Virus record (IMG/VR): IMGVR_UViG_3300035212_003113
Coordinates: 248,001-312,000 of that record
DNA: 64,000 nucleotides
Reading direction: 5' to 3' (one strand)
Shown here: positions 27,801-36,881 of the stretch, piece by piece
How the letters are laid out: each line of letters opens with the position of its first letter
Numbering within the stretch: the first letter of the stretch is position 1
Made by a program: the position numbers and the translations under genes
Notes under the pieces: model-generated
Database searches by the model: none
What the model saw: the letters and a program-made list of their open reading frames with translations, nothing else
What the model was told of the DNA's origin: nothing

Positions 27801-30800
27801 TCGGTCAATATCGATCTCGCTGGAATTAGTGGCGGCTCATATGTATTTGAAAATTGCGAATTCCTAGAGGGTGCCTCGATATCTGTGGCCGGATCATTTG
27901 GACTCGGCTCACTCGTATTCAAGAATTGCAGCAGCCGAGGCGGCACATTTGCGCTACAGTGCAGTACTACTGACGGTTCTATAAAGATCTCTGGCTGCAG
28001 CTTTTCTGCGACACCGGCCACGTCTTCGTCGGCTCACGGCGGCTCAATCAGTATCACTGCAGCTTCATGTAGTGTCGAGGACACCAGCCTGGTGGGCGTT
28101 GGCTTCACATGGGGCGGCAGCGGCACAGAGTTCGGTCTCGCGGTATCTAATCTAGAAATAACCGATGTCTCGGTAACATCTGCAAGAAGCGGCTTCACAT
28201 GCGCATCTGGTCATGCGATGATAAACGATCTTCGCGTGCGTCGGTCGTATCGCCAATCTGGCTCAATAGTCGATCTAGGGCAGACAGTTACTTCGCGGAT
28301 TGCGGGTCTGCTTATAGATACCTGCGAAGTGCAGTTTACTGTAGGCGTCGCCTCGCTACTGCGCGGTGGTGGCGAGTCAGTGCTGGATGGAGCGGTTGTA
28401 TCAGAGCTAAGCATGCCTGCTCCTGCATCAACCGATCCACATATTGCGATACCGAATGTATTTGGTTTCCTGTATGATGGCCCCGAGATCATATCCATTG
28501 TCGCAGACAATATTTCGGAATCGGTCGGAGTCGGATCGTCGAGCACGAGTGGTGCAGACGGCATAACAGGCTCATCTGCTGAGTCGTCACTTCAGCCTGG
28601 CATCTCTGGCCTAAGTATAAGCGCGAGCGATCTTCCCCTTGGATCTGGTTATGTACTAAGCGGCAACACCATTTCTGGATATCTTGCTGGCCAGAGCGTC
28701 CTGGTTCCTTCGGTATCTGGACTGGCTGATAGAGGACTGCTGCAGTCACATGTTAACCAGTCAGGCATTCTTGCTGTGTCGTATCGAGTTCAGAAGCGCC
28801 CCGATGTTTCTGATCCGGTTGACGTAGGCTTTATAAAAATTGTAGATGTTTCTGACGATCATCCTCTAACGCCGTCTACAGGTTCATTCTCTACTGGCTA
28901 TCAGTTGACCTATTCGGGTGGCGAGTTATCATGGGCGCTTGGCGAGCCGGTCACACCAGTGCTGAGTACTACGCATCGACTTTATACGTCTGACTACAGT
29001 GGTTGGATTGATGTGTACATTTCTTCGGCGCCTACTGGCAGTGGCACCGACCTGTACCGCGTATTGCCTTCTGTGAGAGATGCAGGCAAGCTGCTTCTTG
29101 GTCACTACTGGTGGGATGGGGCTGCCGTACTAGGCACGCCTGTGGACAAGAGGTACTTTGGGAATGTCGCAGGTAATAGCCTTGCTGATAGCGCTCGGGC
29201 CCCGGAGCTCCTATCGACCGCTGATACTCGTGGCGCTAGCATATTTTCCGGAGGCCTGACGGTTACTGATTCTGGCATAGGCCTCAATGCAGTTAGAATG
29301 TATGGGCCAATGACTGCATATGTCGATGGTCGTCGTTTTGCCGTGCCACTGAGGGTCGGAACAGACAGCGTCAACAGTGGTCGTGGTGGTTACGGCGGCA
29401 TAACAATGCCGGGTGCAGACAACTATATCTATGTAGATTCTTCTGGCGTGCTACTCATTGATGCCTTAGCATGGCCTACTGCGGTGCATGCCAAGGTCGC
29501 GAGAGTGCAGGTCTCGGGCGGCGCAGTTACAAGTATAGATGACTTTAGGGAGTCTTCTGTTTTCTTAACGTCCGGATTATCAGAAGAGTGGCGCATAAGT
29601 GCAACTCCTTCTGCGCTTGGAATAAACTCCAATGCCATTGGAATCCAGAAGACGCTTAACATAGCCAATCTCGGCTTAACCACTCTTAATCTTGGCTCAG
29701 GTACAGGGGCATCGACTGTTGCCATCAATAGTGCCGTGGCCACCGTATCGCCTAGGCTTGATACTAATGGAGGGATTGGGATATCTAGTGGCAATACGCT
29801 TAATATAGGAAATGTTTCCAATATAACATCTGCCGGTGGAATAAATATTGGTACACTGAATGCAACAGGCTACATAACTCTCGGAAGAGATGACTATCTT
29901 ACTCCTGCTATATCGCTGTATTCTGCTGGGAATGCTATCGTATCAAAAGGAGGCCCGGTTTTGATTGGGTCTTTCGCAGAGGGACTGGACAGTTCTCTCA
30001 TATATCAGTACACGTATAGCGATGATGGTGGCACTGAGGTCATAATGCAGTCGCCCGCTCCTGGCTCTGCGGATGATACAAAGATCTCGAATGCGATATC
30101 CAGAGGTTCGACATCCGCCAGTATAGCGATGACCATACCAAACGGTGGTTCTGCAAGCAGCCTAGCCATGGAGGCCAACTACATCTCACTTGAAGGCTCT
30201 ACAGGTGGCGTAAGCATAGTAGGAGACATGAGTATATCAGGAGATATACTTGGTAATCTTGATGTACAGCAGGACCTTTTCGTTGGAGATGACTTAATAG
30301 TAAGTGACAATGCTAGAATTGTCGGAGACCTTAAGCTGGAACCAGATCCGACGAACGGCGTCATCTGGAGGTACGTAAGTGTGCCGACTGTGCCTGCTCA
30401 CTATATAGCTCAAGTGGATTTCCCTGGGGCAGAAACTGATCTACCTTCGAGCCCTTTTGATTTTAAAGATGAGTTTGGTAGCTTTAATAGTGCTGCTGCA
30501 GGATATATCGGCATAGTGGATATAACCAGATTTTTGGGAGAATTTCCTCATATCAGGCAGATAGAAGTAAGTGTCGAGAAACTAAATGTGACTGGAGGTG
30601 AGAACTTCAGAATGGCACTTATAAATGAATTCGGACAGAAGCTTGGGATTGCCACAGGTGGTACCGTTACTGTCTCAATTACAGGGGCTTCTGCTGCTGG
30701 CTGGTTCTCAAATGGCACTTATCAAACGTACATAGGGTATGAAGATCCTATGACAGTGGGTACTTCATATGAGGCAACAATTACGTACAATGTCACTGAT

Positions 30801-31007
30801 TTTACAGAAGGAACAGGGCTAGGGAATTTGATCCTCACAAGAGATTTTGTCACATCGGCTCTGTATGGTTCTAATCCGTCCAAAAAAGTTTATCTTGCAT
30901 GGAGGGCTAAAGACGGGGCAGCTAACAATCAATGGCTGATAAATTACATTAGATTAAAGGTAGGAAACTATAATCTAAATTCTGCACTTAGTATAACGTC
31001 TTTCTAG
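24837..31007 (+). CDS. Giant tail fibre/tailspike paralog (2056 aa)
   Basis: ATGA overlap with the upstream gene. N-terminus is clearly homologous to the upstream gene (MSKYP.NLD..LPSVIDGSTEISGEVINA.KDA); has a beta-helix-like middle and a beta-rich tip. Confidence 0.7.
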   Translation: MSKYPANLDDDSSLPSVIDGSTEISGEVINALKDAVLAVQRAIGADPQGVLADLVTRLAVSINDDGTLKSSALVVAAIVNGQIAAAAGIEESKLALDFSTQFLRDQITSNDIDIQALQAGLAQLIADFSSHHLSGAFPHDSEQILLDSDFPASTPPWLTGIVGTTVADAIRELADALASHTSPSAVAAHQASSISVSATFSHITANNVQDALEQLESQRSTELERHLDDAHSNGISAWENDPMGWNRNLQLYPVSGTTAATVISRYVIDFGSDALASFRVARGEVLVFNDEAYVISDVGPRTGTGSKPTLDGTQLELFRPLPVSSGVIQAAIFGRSSVSNLKVALAATAFPGTATADTVLLARPNAAKAVSLGLKPLFIDSLCELHLEVSTGTATSKAVVIDNLHLDRTGTLAVTKVSAASVADRINYVLCSAAEGNFIPAAAYVIGSEIAIVHNWSDSADYWLKITGTTAAAARGAELCGFGSNGAGLVGFRSYPSITGRFSVNGITHQDFASYYAGAASISGNTIDIGTPTAPLGILPGHVVHVITASTHPEIGSYQITAVGPNTVQIGVALTATATGVVRIDASSVSLADLDGSPNAIISEIFVDRDGFTGAFTRASAQEGISGAELIDISDSRLAGTETLLGTSPSAGQVALQFSGAADSNKRTLRTSLAGRTRIYDRTGMSWADFALTGALGTGSTQLQFFDHTDEEELLEIAAVRFFDRRVRSVSDKRLFGSLGLDELREDVTQAYVETPLAELRSSGVVRGFSILADNIDGPSVSPNYPAGTLMVLLDGGVAYVDGVRVEQTSQYAAIPPVDGTYFVCINVGGMFQVISDTDFSLAEIIEGLAGSLVPLLSVERTATPQIESTVVAYNIANIDERIDAVLDLTNNFVGNFSTIAAAIAYLNAYPFEERSRLRIVSRRASDNISIAGLTAPVSISVDGYLGQISVSSDCAVSSDTFAGRAEPHVTTLVVNTERFVANNLILSSVNIDLAGISGGSYVFENCEFLEGASISVAGSFGLGSLVFKNCSSRGGTFALQCSTTDGSIKISGCSFSATPATSSSAHGGSISITAASCSVEDTSLVGVGFTWGGSGTEFGLAVSNLEITDVSVTSARSGFTCASGHAMINDLRVRRSYRQSGSIVDLGQTVTSRIAGLLIDTCEVQFTVGVASLLRGGGESVLDGAVVSELSMPAPASTDPHIAIPNVFGFLYDGPEIISIVADNISESVGVGSSSTSGADGITGSSAESSLQPGISGLSISASDLPLGSGYVLSGNTISGYLAGQSVLVPSVSGLADRGLLQSHVNQSGILAVSYRVQKRPDVSDPVDVGFIKIVDVSDDHPLTPSTGSFSTGYQLTYSGGELSWALGEPVTPVLSTTHRLYTSDYSGWIDVYISSAPTGSGTDLYRVLPSVRDAGKLLLGHYWWDGAAVLGTPVDKRYFGNVAGNSLADSARAPELLSTADTRGASIFSGGLTVTDSGIGLNAVRMYGPMTAYVDGRRFAVPLRVGTDSVNSGRGGYGGITMPGADNYIYVDSSGVLLIDALAWPTAVHAKVARVQVSGGAVTSIDDFRESSVFLTSGLSEEWRISATPSALGINSNAIGIQKTLNIANLGLTTLNLGSGTGASTVAINSAVATVSPRLDTNGGIGISSGNTLNIGNVSNITSAGGINIGTLNATGYITLGRDDYLTPAISLYSAGNAIVSKGGPVLIGSFAEGLDSSLIYQYTYSDDGGTEVIMQSPAPGSADDTKISNAISRGSTSASIAMTIPNGGSASSLAMEANYISLEGSTGGVSIVGDMSISGDILGNLDVQQDLFVGDDLIVSDNARIVGDLKLEPDPTNGVIWRYVSVPTVPAHYIAQVDFPGAETDLPSSPFDFKDEFGSFNSAAAGYIGIVDITRFLGEFPHIRQIEVSVEKLNVTGGENFRMALINEFGQKLGIATGGTVTVSITGASAAGWFSNGTYQTYIGYEDPMTVGTSYEATITYNVTDFTEGTGLGNLILTRDFVTSALYGSNPSKKVYLAWRAKDGAANNQWLINYIRLKVGNYNLNSALSITSF

Positions 31008-31016
31008 GAGTAAGCA

Positions 31017-31694
31017 ATGTCCGAGTCAAGTAAAACTGCCATAGATATAGTTTATGATATTCCAGATGATCTCTCTCTGATTCAGGCTAAAATGGCAGCA
31101 ATCGAATCAAAGATAGTGTTCCTAGATCAGAAATTAAACATGATTCTAAGTGCAGTATCTAGAGCAGCAGCTGAAAAAGCTGACCCAGAGCAGGTGCTTG
31201 GAAAAGATGCATCTGCCGCAGGCACAAGTTCTGAAGATTCTGAAGTAATGGAAATCCGCCCGCAGCAGCAGCAGCAGCAACAGCCACAGTCACAGCCTTT
31301 TAGCTTTGACCGAAAGCCAGAAAAGCTCCCAGAAGGCCCCGCACTAACTCTTCCCGCAAAAGTGCCCGAAGGGATCCGTATCCCGGCCAAGGACATCGAT
31401 CCTATGCCGCAAAACGCAATCCATTCTGAGCCCGTGCCGGAGAAGCAGACATCCACTCTTATTCGTGGCCGCCTAAAGGAGCGCGAAGGCTCTTCTATCG
31501 CAGCGGTTGACGTCAAGATTTTTGATGAAAAGAGCGTAATGGTCAAGAAGACCAAGACTGCCGCAACTGGCGAGTGGATTGCCATGTTGCCGCCCGGCGA
31601 ATATACAGCGGAATTTACAAAACCCGGCCAAAAACCACTATTTAAACCAATAAGTGTGGTATCAGGAAAGAAGGAACTCGAAATACTAATCTAA
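31017..31694 (+). CDS. Hypothetical protein: N-terminal coiled coil, Pro/Gln linker, C-terminal prealbumin-like (carboxypeptidase-regulatory-like) beta domain
   Basis: AGGAG SD; C-terminal IRGRLK..VDVKIFD..TKTAATGEWIAMLPPGEYTAEFTKPG pattern. Confidence 0.55.
   Translation: MSESSKTAIDIVYDIPDDLSLIQAKMAAIESKIVFLDQKLNMILSAVSRAAAEKADPEQVLGKDASAAGTSSEDSEVMEIRPQQQQQQQPQSQPFSFDRKPEKLPEGPALTLPAKVPEGIRIPAKDIDPMPQNAIHSEPVPEKQTSTLIRGRLKEREGSSIAAVDVKIFDEKSVMVKKTKTAATGEWIAMLPPGEYTAEFTKPGQKPLFKPISVVSGKKELEILI
31263..31283 (+). repeat. (CAG)5-CAA-CAG poly-Gln tract
   Basis: Read directly; encodes Q7. Confidence 0.9.
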
Positions 31695-32749
31695 TGCGCG
31701 GAACAACTGGCTTTATAGCGAACTCTGATATCTATGTTCTGGACAAGATTGTCCAGAATACTGCTATGGAGGCAGGCAGAAATCTGCTTATAGATCAGTT
31801 GCGTGAAGGTTTTGCCCGTGATCGCATGTATCGCTGGGTTCCGGATGACTGGGGTTTTGGAAAGACTCCTCCTGCAGCTGGTCTAGGCCCTGATGCAGGC
31901 ATGAATGATGACACCACCACGCGCCTTTATATAGGCGCGCAGTACAAGAATGCCGGATCATTCCTACCTGCTATAATAGTCAAGCAGAATTCAATACAGT
32001 ACAAGCCTGTCTCAATAAATCAAAACAAATGGGACTTTGAGTACGGGCATGTGCCGGTAATGGACGAGTCTGGCCAGGTAGAGTATATTCGCTCGCCCGT
32101 GGCCTACAGCTTTGTGGGTCTGTGGGAGAGCAGTTACGAGATAAAGATATTGTCACGAAGCCTAGTGGATACAACGCGGCTTCATGATATCATTATGATA
32201 ATGCTCACGTCAACTTTCCGCTACACTCTTCAGCAAAGCGGGCTCTTTATAAAAGAGATTCGCGGTGGCGGCGAGCAGGCAGAGACATATGGCTCAAATG
32301 ACCCGTATTACTTCTCTACGATAACACTTGATACGATCTCAGAGTTCCGCCGCAGGATCCCGATATCTAGCGCCATTGAGCGCATCCAGGTCTGTCTGGA
32401 TATGGACATAATTGAGACCGATCTCCCGCCTGCGTCTACTGCGCGTATCGCAGTAGAGCCAGCCGGCGACTTCAGAGTGTATTTTGGAGCAGAGAGCTTC
32501 TCACTGCTTAACGCTACCAATATAGAATCCTTGCCATTTTATCTACAAGCGACGCCAGCCGGGCAATACAGCTTTACTGTTGATCCCGGCCAGTTTGCTT
32601 TCTTTGCTGCACCTGCCCGTGACTCAGTAGTCTTCTCCGTGGGCTACTTTACTGAGATAGGCAGTGTTATCAGCGAAGGTATCCTTTATAGTGTCTACAG
32701 ATCCAACGTTCCCGGCCTCGGGACGATATCTTTCGAGGTGAGTTTATAA
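31694..32749 (+). CDS. Tail terminator/completion protein (T4 gp15-like) with a C-terminal extension
   Basis: Lies immediately before the sheath gene; pattern IGAQY..FLPAIIVK..WESSYEIKILSRS..LHDIIMIML..YFSTITLDTISEFR. Confidence 0.55.
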   Translation: MRGTTGFIANSDIYVLDKIVQNTAMEAGRNLLIDQLREGFARDRMYRWVPDDWGFGKTPPAAGLGPDAGMNDDTTTRLYIGAQYKNAGSFLPAIIVKQNSIQYKPVSINQNKWDFEYGHVPVMDESGQVEYIRSPVAYSFVGLWESSYEIKILSRSLVDTTRLHDIIMIMLTSTFRYTLQQSGLFIKEIRGGGEQAETYGSNDPYYFSTITLDTISEFRRRIPISSAIERIQVCLDMDIIETDLPPASTARIAVEPAGDFRVYFGAESFSLLNATNIESLPFYLQATPAGQYSFTVDPGQFAFFAAPARDSVVFSVGYFTEIGSVISEGILYSVYRSNVPGLGTISFEVSL

Positions 32750-32849
32750 CATCTTGCAATAAATAAAAATCTACTCGAGATAATCGGTGTACCGATCAAT
32801 TAATGTTTTTTTAACAGGCTAGAGCTGAACCAGCACTTTGGGGTCTTTA

Positions 32850-35411
32850 ATGGCAAATATTCCAGGAATCAATACTCGCGTCCGCCCCGGCGTTTTCGTC
32901 AGACAGAGAGTTCGCACCAATACCGTCAGCATTGCTGGCGGTCTGCGCACTACCCTCATCATGGGCGAGGGCCGCGCAGAGGAGACTCTTGCGTTCCAGG
33001 CCCGCGGTGGCGGCCTCGACGGCGTAAATCCCGACTTCAGCGGCAATACAAATGCTCCGGATGGCCGTCACTTCCAGATCTCCCAGATTGATCTAGTTCC
33101 GAATCGTACCGATATTCGCAAGAATGGCGTTGCTCTGCGCGTACTGGAGCAATCAATCACTGCAGGCGCATTTGACTCGCGCTATGACGTTCGTGTTGAC
33201 CCGCTAACTGGCCGCGTTCAGCTCCAGGGCGCTAGCCTCCAGGACTTCGGAACAGAGAGCGGCCTACCAGTCTATTACAAGCGTTTTGCCTCGAACTCGG
33301 GTAACGGAACCCTTGATGTCTCGACTACCTCGCTTCTCAGCACGAATGCACAGCCAGAGACCTGGACCGTGCGCTGCACTGCTGTTTCAAAGGACGGCAC
33401 CGGCACGATAATCCCTGGTCGTGCTCTTTTCTCGGTAACCGGTTCGGTAACCGGCGCTGTTCGTGATACGGCTGGCGACCAGATTCGCTGGAAGTCAGAC
33501 GGCAATTCGTACAGCAACGGCGTTCTGCAGTTCTCGATCACCGAGGGCAGCCAGCCATTCAACGTTGGTGATAAGTTCGTCGTCACTGTTAATAGCGGCG
33601 TACTTGTAACCGGCGACAGCCTTGACGCTGTTTATATCGCAAATTCTTTTGTAAACGATCCTCAGGAATTCTTCTCTCCTACCGATCTGTACGCGAAGCA
33701 CGGCCAGCCCAGCGAAGACAACACTCTTGCTCTCGGCGCTGCCATGGCATTTGAGAACGGCGCAGCTTCTGTAGTTGCGCTACAGTGCAAGCCACCGGTT
33801 CCGCGTCAGACCTCAGAGCTGCTTATGGCAGCTGACAATCCCCTTAGCATAGAGGTCGAGGGCGCAACTGGTAACGAGGACATGGAGGATTGCATTTTCG
33901 CAATCAATGGCGGCGGCACCCCCGACACCGACTCCAAGATCAATGTTTTTGTAGTCAACCCGGACGGCAGCGAAGAGCAGATCCGTACGCTTGACAAGGC
34001 AGAGTTCTATGACCCAGCCAATGGCGACTCGATGCTCGCGGTCTACACGAACTTCTCCGCAGTAGCTACAAACTCCTACACGGCAGTCATGCTGCTTGAG
34101 ATGCTCCAGGAGGGCACCGACGGCTATGTCTATGACCTAGGCGGCGACACGTTCTTCCAGACAACCACGGGCGTATTCTCGGCCAGCGATGTTGGCAACT
34201 TCATCGATATCTTCGATGCTGGCGCAACCAACACCTTTGGTCGCTACGAGATCCTAGATGTTGGCGACGGCTACGGCGCGACCGGAATTGTCAAGGTGCT
34301 GCTGAATACGTCTGTTACCGGCTCAGTTGCCCAGAGTGGCAGCGATCTGCGCTGGTTCCTGCTCAACAGTGACACCGAGAGCAGCTCGGCATACTTCTGC
34401 CTGAGCGATGACATTGTTGACCTGCACCTCACGGCTGGCAAGGGCCTCCGCATTCAGTACGTAGACGTTGACGATGCAGATTATTTTGACACGAATTGGC
34501 TGCAGGGTTACCAGGCTGCCGAGCAGGTAGACGTACAGTTTGTTGTCCCTCTCCCCCGTCAGGCTATTAGCAATATCTTTGCCGCTGGCAAAGCACACGT
34601 TCTTTCTCAGAGCACGATTCTGAATGCTCAGGAGCGCATCCTGATCTGCGGTGCAATCAATGGTCTGGTACCAGAGAATCTGACTGGCGCCGAAGATGCA
34701 GCAGTTGAAAATATCGGCATCTTCGAGGGCATCCAGGGCGATGATCCGCAGGAAGTGCTAGACGGCGACATCGAAGATCTTGCCAACTACTCGGTACTTG
34801 ATGCATTCGGCGACACGCAGCGCGTCATCTATGTCGGCCCCGACCAGATTGTTCGTAATCTCGGTGCCGCAGGCAATACCGTTCTCTCGGGCTACTTCAT
34901 GGCTCCGGCTCTTTCCGGCTACCTGAGCGCCAAGTCGTTTGTTGCAGAGCCTGCCACAAATAAGACTCTTGCTGGCTTCTCTATCCCGCGTTCACGTTCG
35001 TATCGCCCAAGCGTCGTAAACAGCCTTATTGCTGCAGGCGTATGCTTGCTAGAGCCGGTTGCTGGTGGTGGCCGCATTGTTCATGGTATTACGACTGCTT
35101 CCTCGGGCGCAGCTGAAGACGAAGAAATCTCGATTGTAGAAGTTCGCGACTACGTCGTACGCGTTCTGCGAAATGGCCTGCGCAGCTTTGTCGGCCGTAT
35201 CAATTCACCAACAATTCTACAGGAGCTTTCTGCTGCTGTTGACAAGATCATGCGCGCAATGGAGACACAGGGACTTATAACGGGCTATGCCGACATTGTC
35301 GTCTCAATTAATCCCACAGATGCGCGTCAGGTAGATATCGGCGTTCGCGCATTCCCAGCGGGTCCGCTAAACTACGTGTTTGCCGATATAGAATTCACGC
35401 TAGGCGGCTGA
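32850..35411 (+). CDS. Contractile tail sheath protein with insertion domains
   Basis: N-terminal RPGVFVR; C-terminal LIAAGVCLLE..RIVHGITT..EISIVEVRDYV..FVGR..VDIGVRAFPAGPLNYVFADIEF is the sheath C-terminal signature. ATG 32850 is preferred over TTG 32838. Confidence 0.9.
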   Translation: MANIPGINTRVRPGVFVRQRVRTNTVSIAGGLRTTLIMGEGRAEETLAFQARGGGLDGVNPDFSGNTNAPDGRHFQISQIDLVPNRTDIRKNGVALRVLEQSITAGAFDSRYDVRVDPLTGRVQLQGASLQDFGTESGLPVYYKRFASNSGNGTLDVSTTSLLSTNAQPETWTVRCTAVSKDGTGTIIPGRALFSVTGSVTGAVRDTAGDQIRWKSDGNSYSNGVLQFSITEGSQPFNVGDKFVVTVNSGVLVTGDSLDAVYIANSFVNDPQEFFSPTDLYAKHGQPSEDNTLALGAAMAFENGAASVVALQCKPPVPRQTSELLMAADNPLSIEVEGATGNEDMEDCIFAINGGGTPDTDSKINVFVVNPDGSEEQIRTLDKAEFYDPANGDSMLAVYTNFSAVATNSYTAVMLLEMLQEGTDGYVYDLGGDTFFQTTTGVFSASDVGNFIDIFDAGATNTFGRYEILDVGDGYGATGIVKVLLNTSVTGSVAQSGSDLRWFLLNSDTESSSAYFCLSDDIVDLHLTAGKGLRIQYVDVDDADYFDTNWLQGYQAAEQVDVQFVVPLPRQAISNIFAAGKAHVLSQSTILNAQERILICGAINGLVPENLTGAEDAAVENIGIFEGIQGDDPQEVLDGDIEDLANYSVLDAFGDTQRVIYVGPDQIVRNLGAAGNTVLSGYFMAPALSGYLSAKSFVAEPATNKTLAGFSIPRSRSYRPSVVNSLIAAGVCLLEPVAGGGRIVHGITTASSGAAEDEEISIVEVRDYVVRVLRNGLRSFVGRINSPTILQELSAAVDKIMRAMETQGLITGYADIVVSINPTDARQVDIGVRAFPAGPLNYVFADIEFTLGG

Positions 35412-35432
35412 TAGAGTTTTTAGGAGTTAATA

Positions 35433-36107
35433 ATGGGCTACCCCTATACTGGATCATCTACAACATCGGCTACCAGCACCGGCCTATCTACACAGATAAT
35501 TGTGAAGGTAGACGGCGTCGCTGTCGGCGGTATTCAGACAATGAATATCGACCAACGCCGTGACGTACAGAGAATAACGGAAGTTGGCACAGACGGCACA
35601 ATCGAGCTTGTTCCGCGCAGCGCGACGACCTTTGAGCTAACGATTGATCGCATTTACTTTGATCGCAAGACGATCACAGAGGCTCTAAACCGCCAGTTTA
35701 TCAACATTCAGTCACAGCGTTACCCGTTCGATATCTACGTCTACGACATGCATAATGTGACCGCTGCGAGCGTATCGTCAGCTGCCGGTGGCGAAGCAGA
35801 TACCGGTGCATTTGACGTGGCTCCTAATGCAACCGCAGGTATCATGGTAACTGTGTACGAGAATTGCTGGATTACGAGCAAGCGTGAGTCGTACACGACC
35901 AGCGACTACGTTATTACCCAGAACGTAGCTGTTGCTGCCGAGTTCTGTCACACGTTCATGGACAACGCTAATACAAGCGTTGCAGACGCCCGCGGTCCAG
36001 CTCTTGATGATAGCGAAGAGGGCAAGCTGCGCAAGCTCGAGCGCCTCGTTGACCGCGCTCGTCCGGGCAGCCTTGACGCCCGTGGCGTTGGCGGCGTAGT
36101 ATTCTGA
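35433..36107 (+). CDS. Tail tube protein
   Basis: Follows the sheath gene; strong AGGAG SD; IIVKVDGVAVGGIQ..RITEVG..ELVP..ELTIDRI..VYENCWI pattern; terminator downstream. Confidence 0.8.
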   Translation: MGYPYTGSSTTSATSTGLSTQIIVKVDGVAVGGIQTMNIDQRRDVQRITEVGTDGTIELVPRSATTFELTIDRIYFDRKTITEALNRQFINIQSQRYPFDIYVYDMHNVTAASVSSAAGGEADTGAFDVAPNATAGIMVTVYENCWITSKRESYTTSDYVITQNVAVAAEFCHTFMDNANTSVADARGPALDDSEEGKLRKLERLVDRARPGSLDARGVGGVVF

Positions 36108-36129
36108 ATCTGACAGTTAAATACTGAGG

Positions 36130-36160
36130 AAAAGGCCCGCTTATAGCGGGCTCTTTTCGT
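36130..36160 (+). terminator. Intrinsic terminator after the tube gene
   Basis: AAAAG-GCCCGCT-TAT-AGCGGGC-TCTTTT: GC-rich stem with a U-tract, and an A-tract upstream. Confidence 0.85.
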
Positions 36161-36200
36161 TGTAACTGTACTAGGCCAATAAGGCAAAAAGAGGAGTAAA

Positions 36201-36857
36201 GTGGAAAAGAATAAACCAGGCAAAACGCCATTCATTCATCCGAGCTTAGCGTCGGCAAATACCCCAAATCCAACACCGGCTCAGCGCGGCAAGTCGCGCA
36301 TCGCCCCAGGTGCAGCGCGCGGCGTAGTCATCGAGCACGAGGCTCCACCAGAAACCGCTTCTTCGCGTTCGTCTATTCCGCCAGAGCTACTAGTGTCTCC
36401 GCCACAGCAGGAACCAGATGCTCCTACGGGGGAAGCTGCAAAGATTGAGCAGCGCAAGCATGATGTGATCAACAGGCTATTGCTATTTACCCAACCTATG
36501 TACAAGACCGTGGAGCTAGGCGGCATGCAGTTCCGTTTCAAGGTTATGACTCCTTCGGACACAGCACACGTCATCAAGATCTTTAATGCCATGCCAGAGG
36601 ACGAGCAGACGCTTATGCGCAACCGCATCCTGAATCTGGCTGCCGCTCTCATCGATGTAGACGGCGTATCACTTGAGTCGATTTACAAGGGCACGCTTTC
36701 ACGAGACGTTGTACTGATGCGCTACTCAGAGCTGATGAAGTGGAGTAATCCTGTGCTTAACGGCGTGCTCGCTGCGCATGATAAGCTGCTAGAGGATATG
36801 AAGCAGGAGTATCTGCCGGATTTTCTCAAGCAGCCGAAAAAGGAGAGCACCGGCTGA
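36201..36857 (+). CDS. Tail assembly chaperone (lambda G analog)
   Basis: Lies between tube and tape measure genes; GAGGAG SD with GTG start; pattern FRFKVMT..RILNLAAALIDVDG..W..PVLNGVL. Confidence 0.75.
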   Translation: MEKNKPGKTPFIHPSLASANTPNPTPAQRGKSRIAPGAARGVVIEHEAPPETASSRSSIPPELLVSPPQQEPDAPTGEAAKIEQRKHDVINRLLLFTQPMYKTVELGGMQFRFKVMTPSDTAHVIKIFNAMPEDEQTLMRNRILNLAAALIDVDGVSLESIYKGTLSRDVVLMRYSELMKWSNPVLNGVLAAHDKLLEDMKQEYLPDFLKQPKKESTG

Positions 36858-36881
36858 TTTGGCAGATGAGTAAAGCTCTCC
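36805..36881 (+). other. Putative programmed -1 ribosomal frameshift signal
   Basis: Internal AGGAG at 36805-09; slippery G GAT TTT at 36818-24; stem 1 CAGCCG 36831-36 / CGGCTG 36851-56; stem 2 GGAGAGC 36842-48 / GCTCTCC 36875-81. Confidence 0.75.

Noticed and set aside
36836-36842. G AAA AAG as the frameshift site
   Set aside because: It would also reach the -1 frame, but it lies inside stem 1/loop 1 of the predicted pseudoknot and has a first-position P-site mismatch. G GAT TTT has the proper spacing. Not fully excluded.
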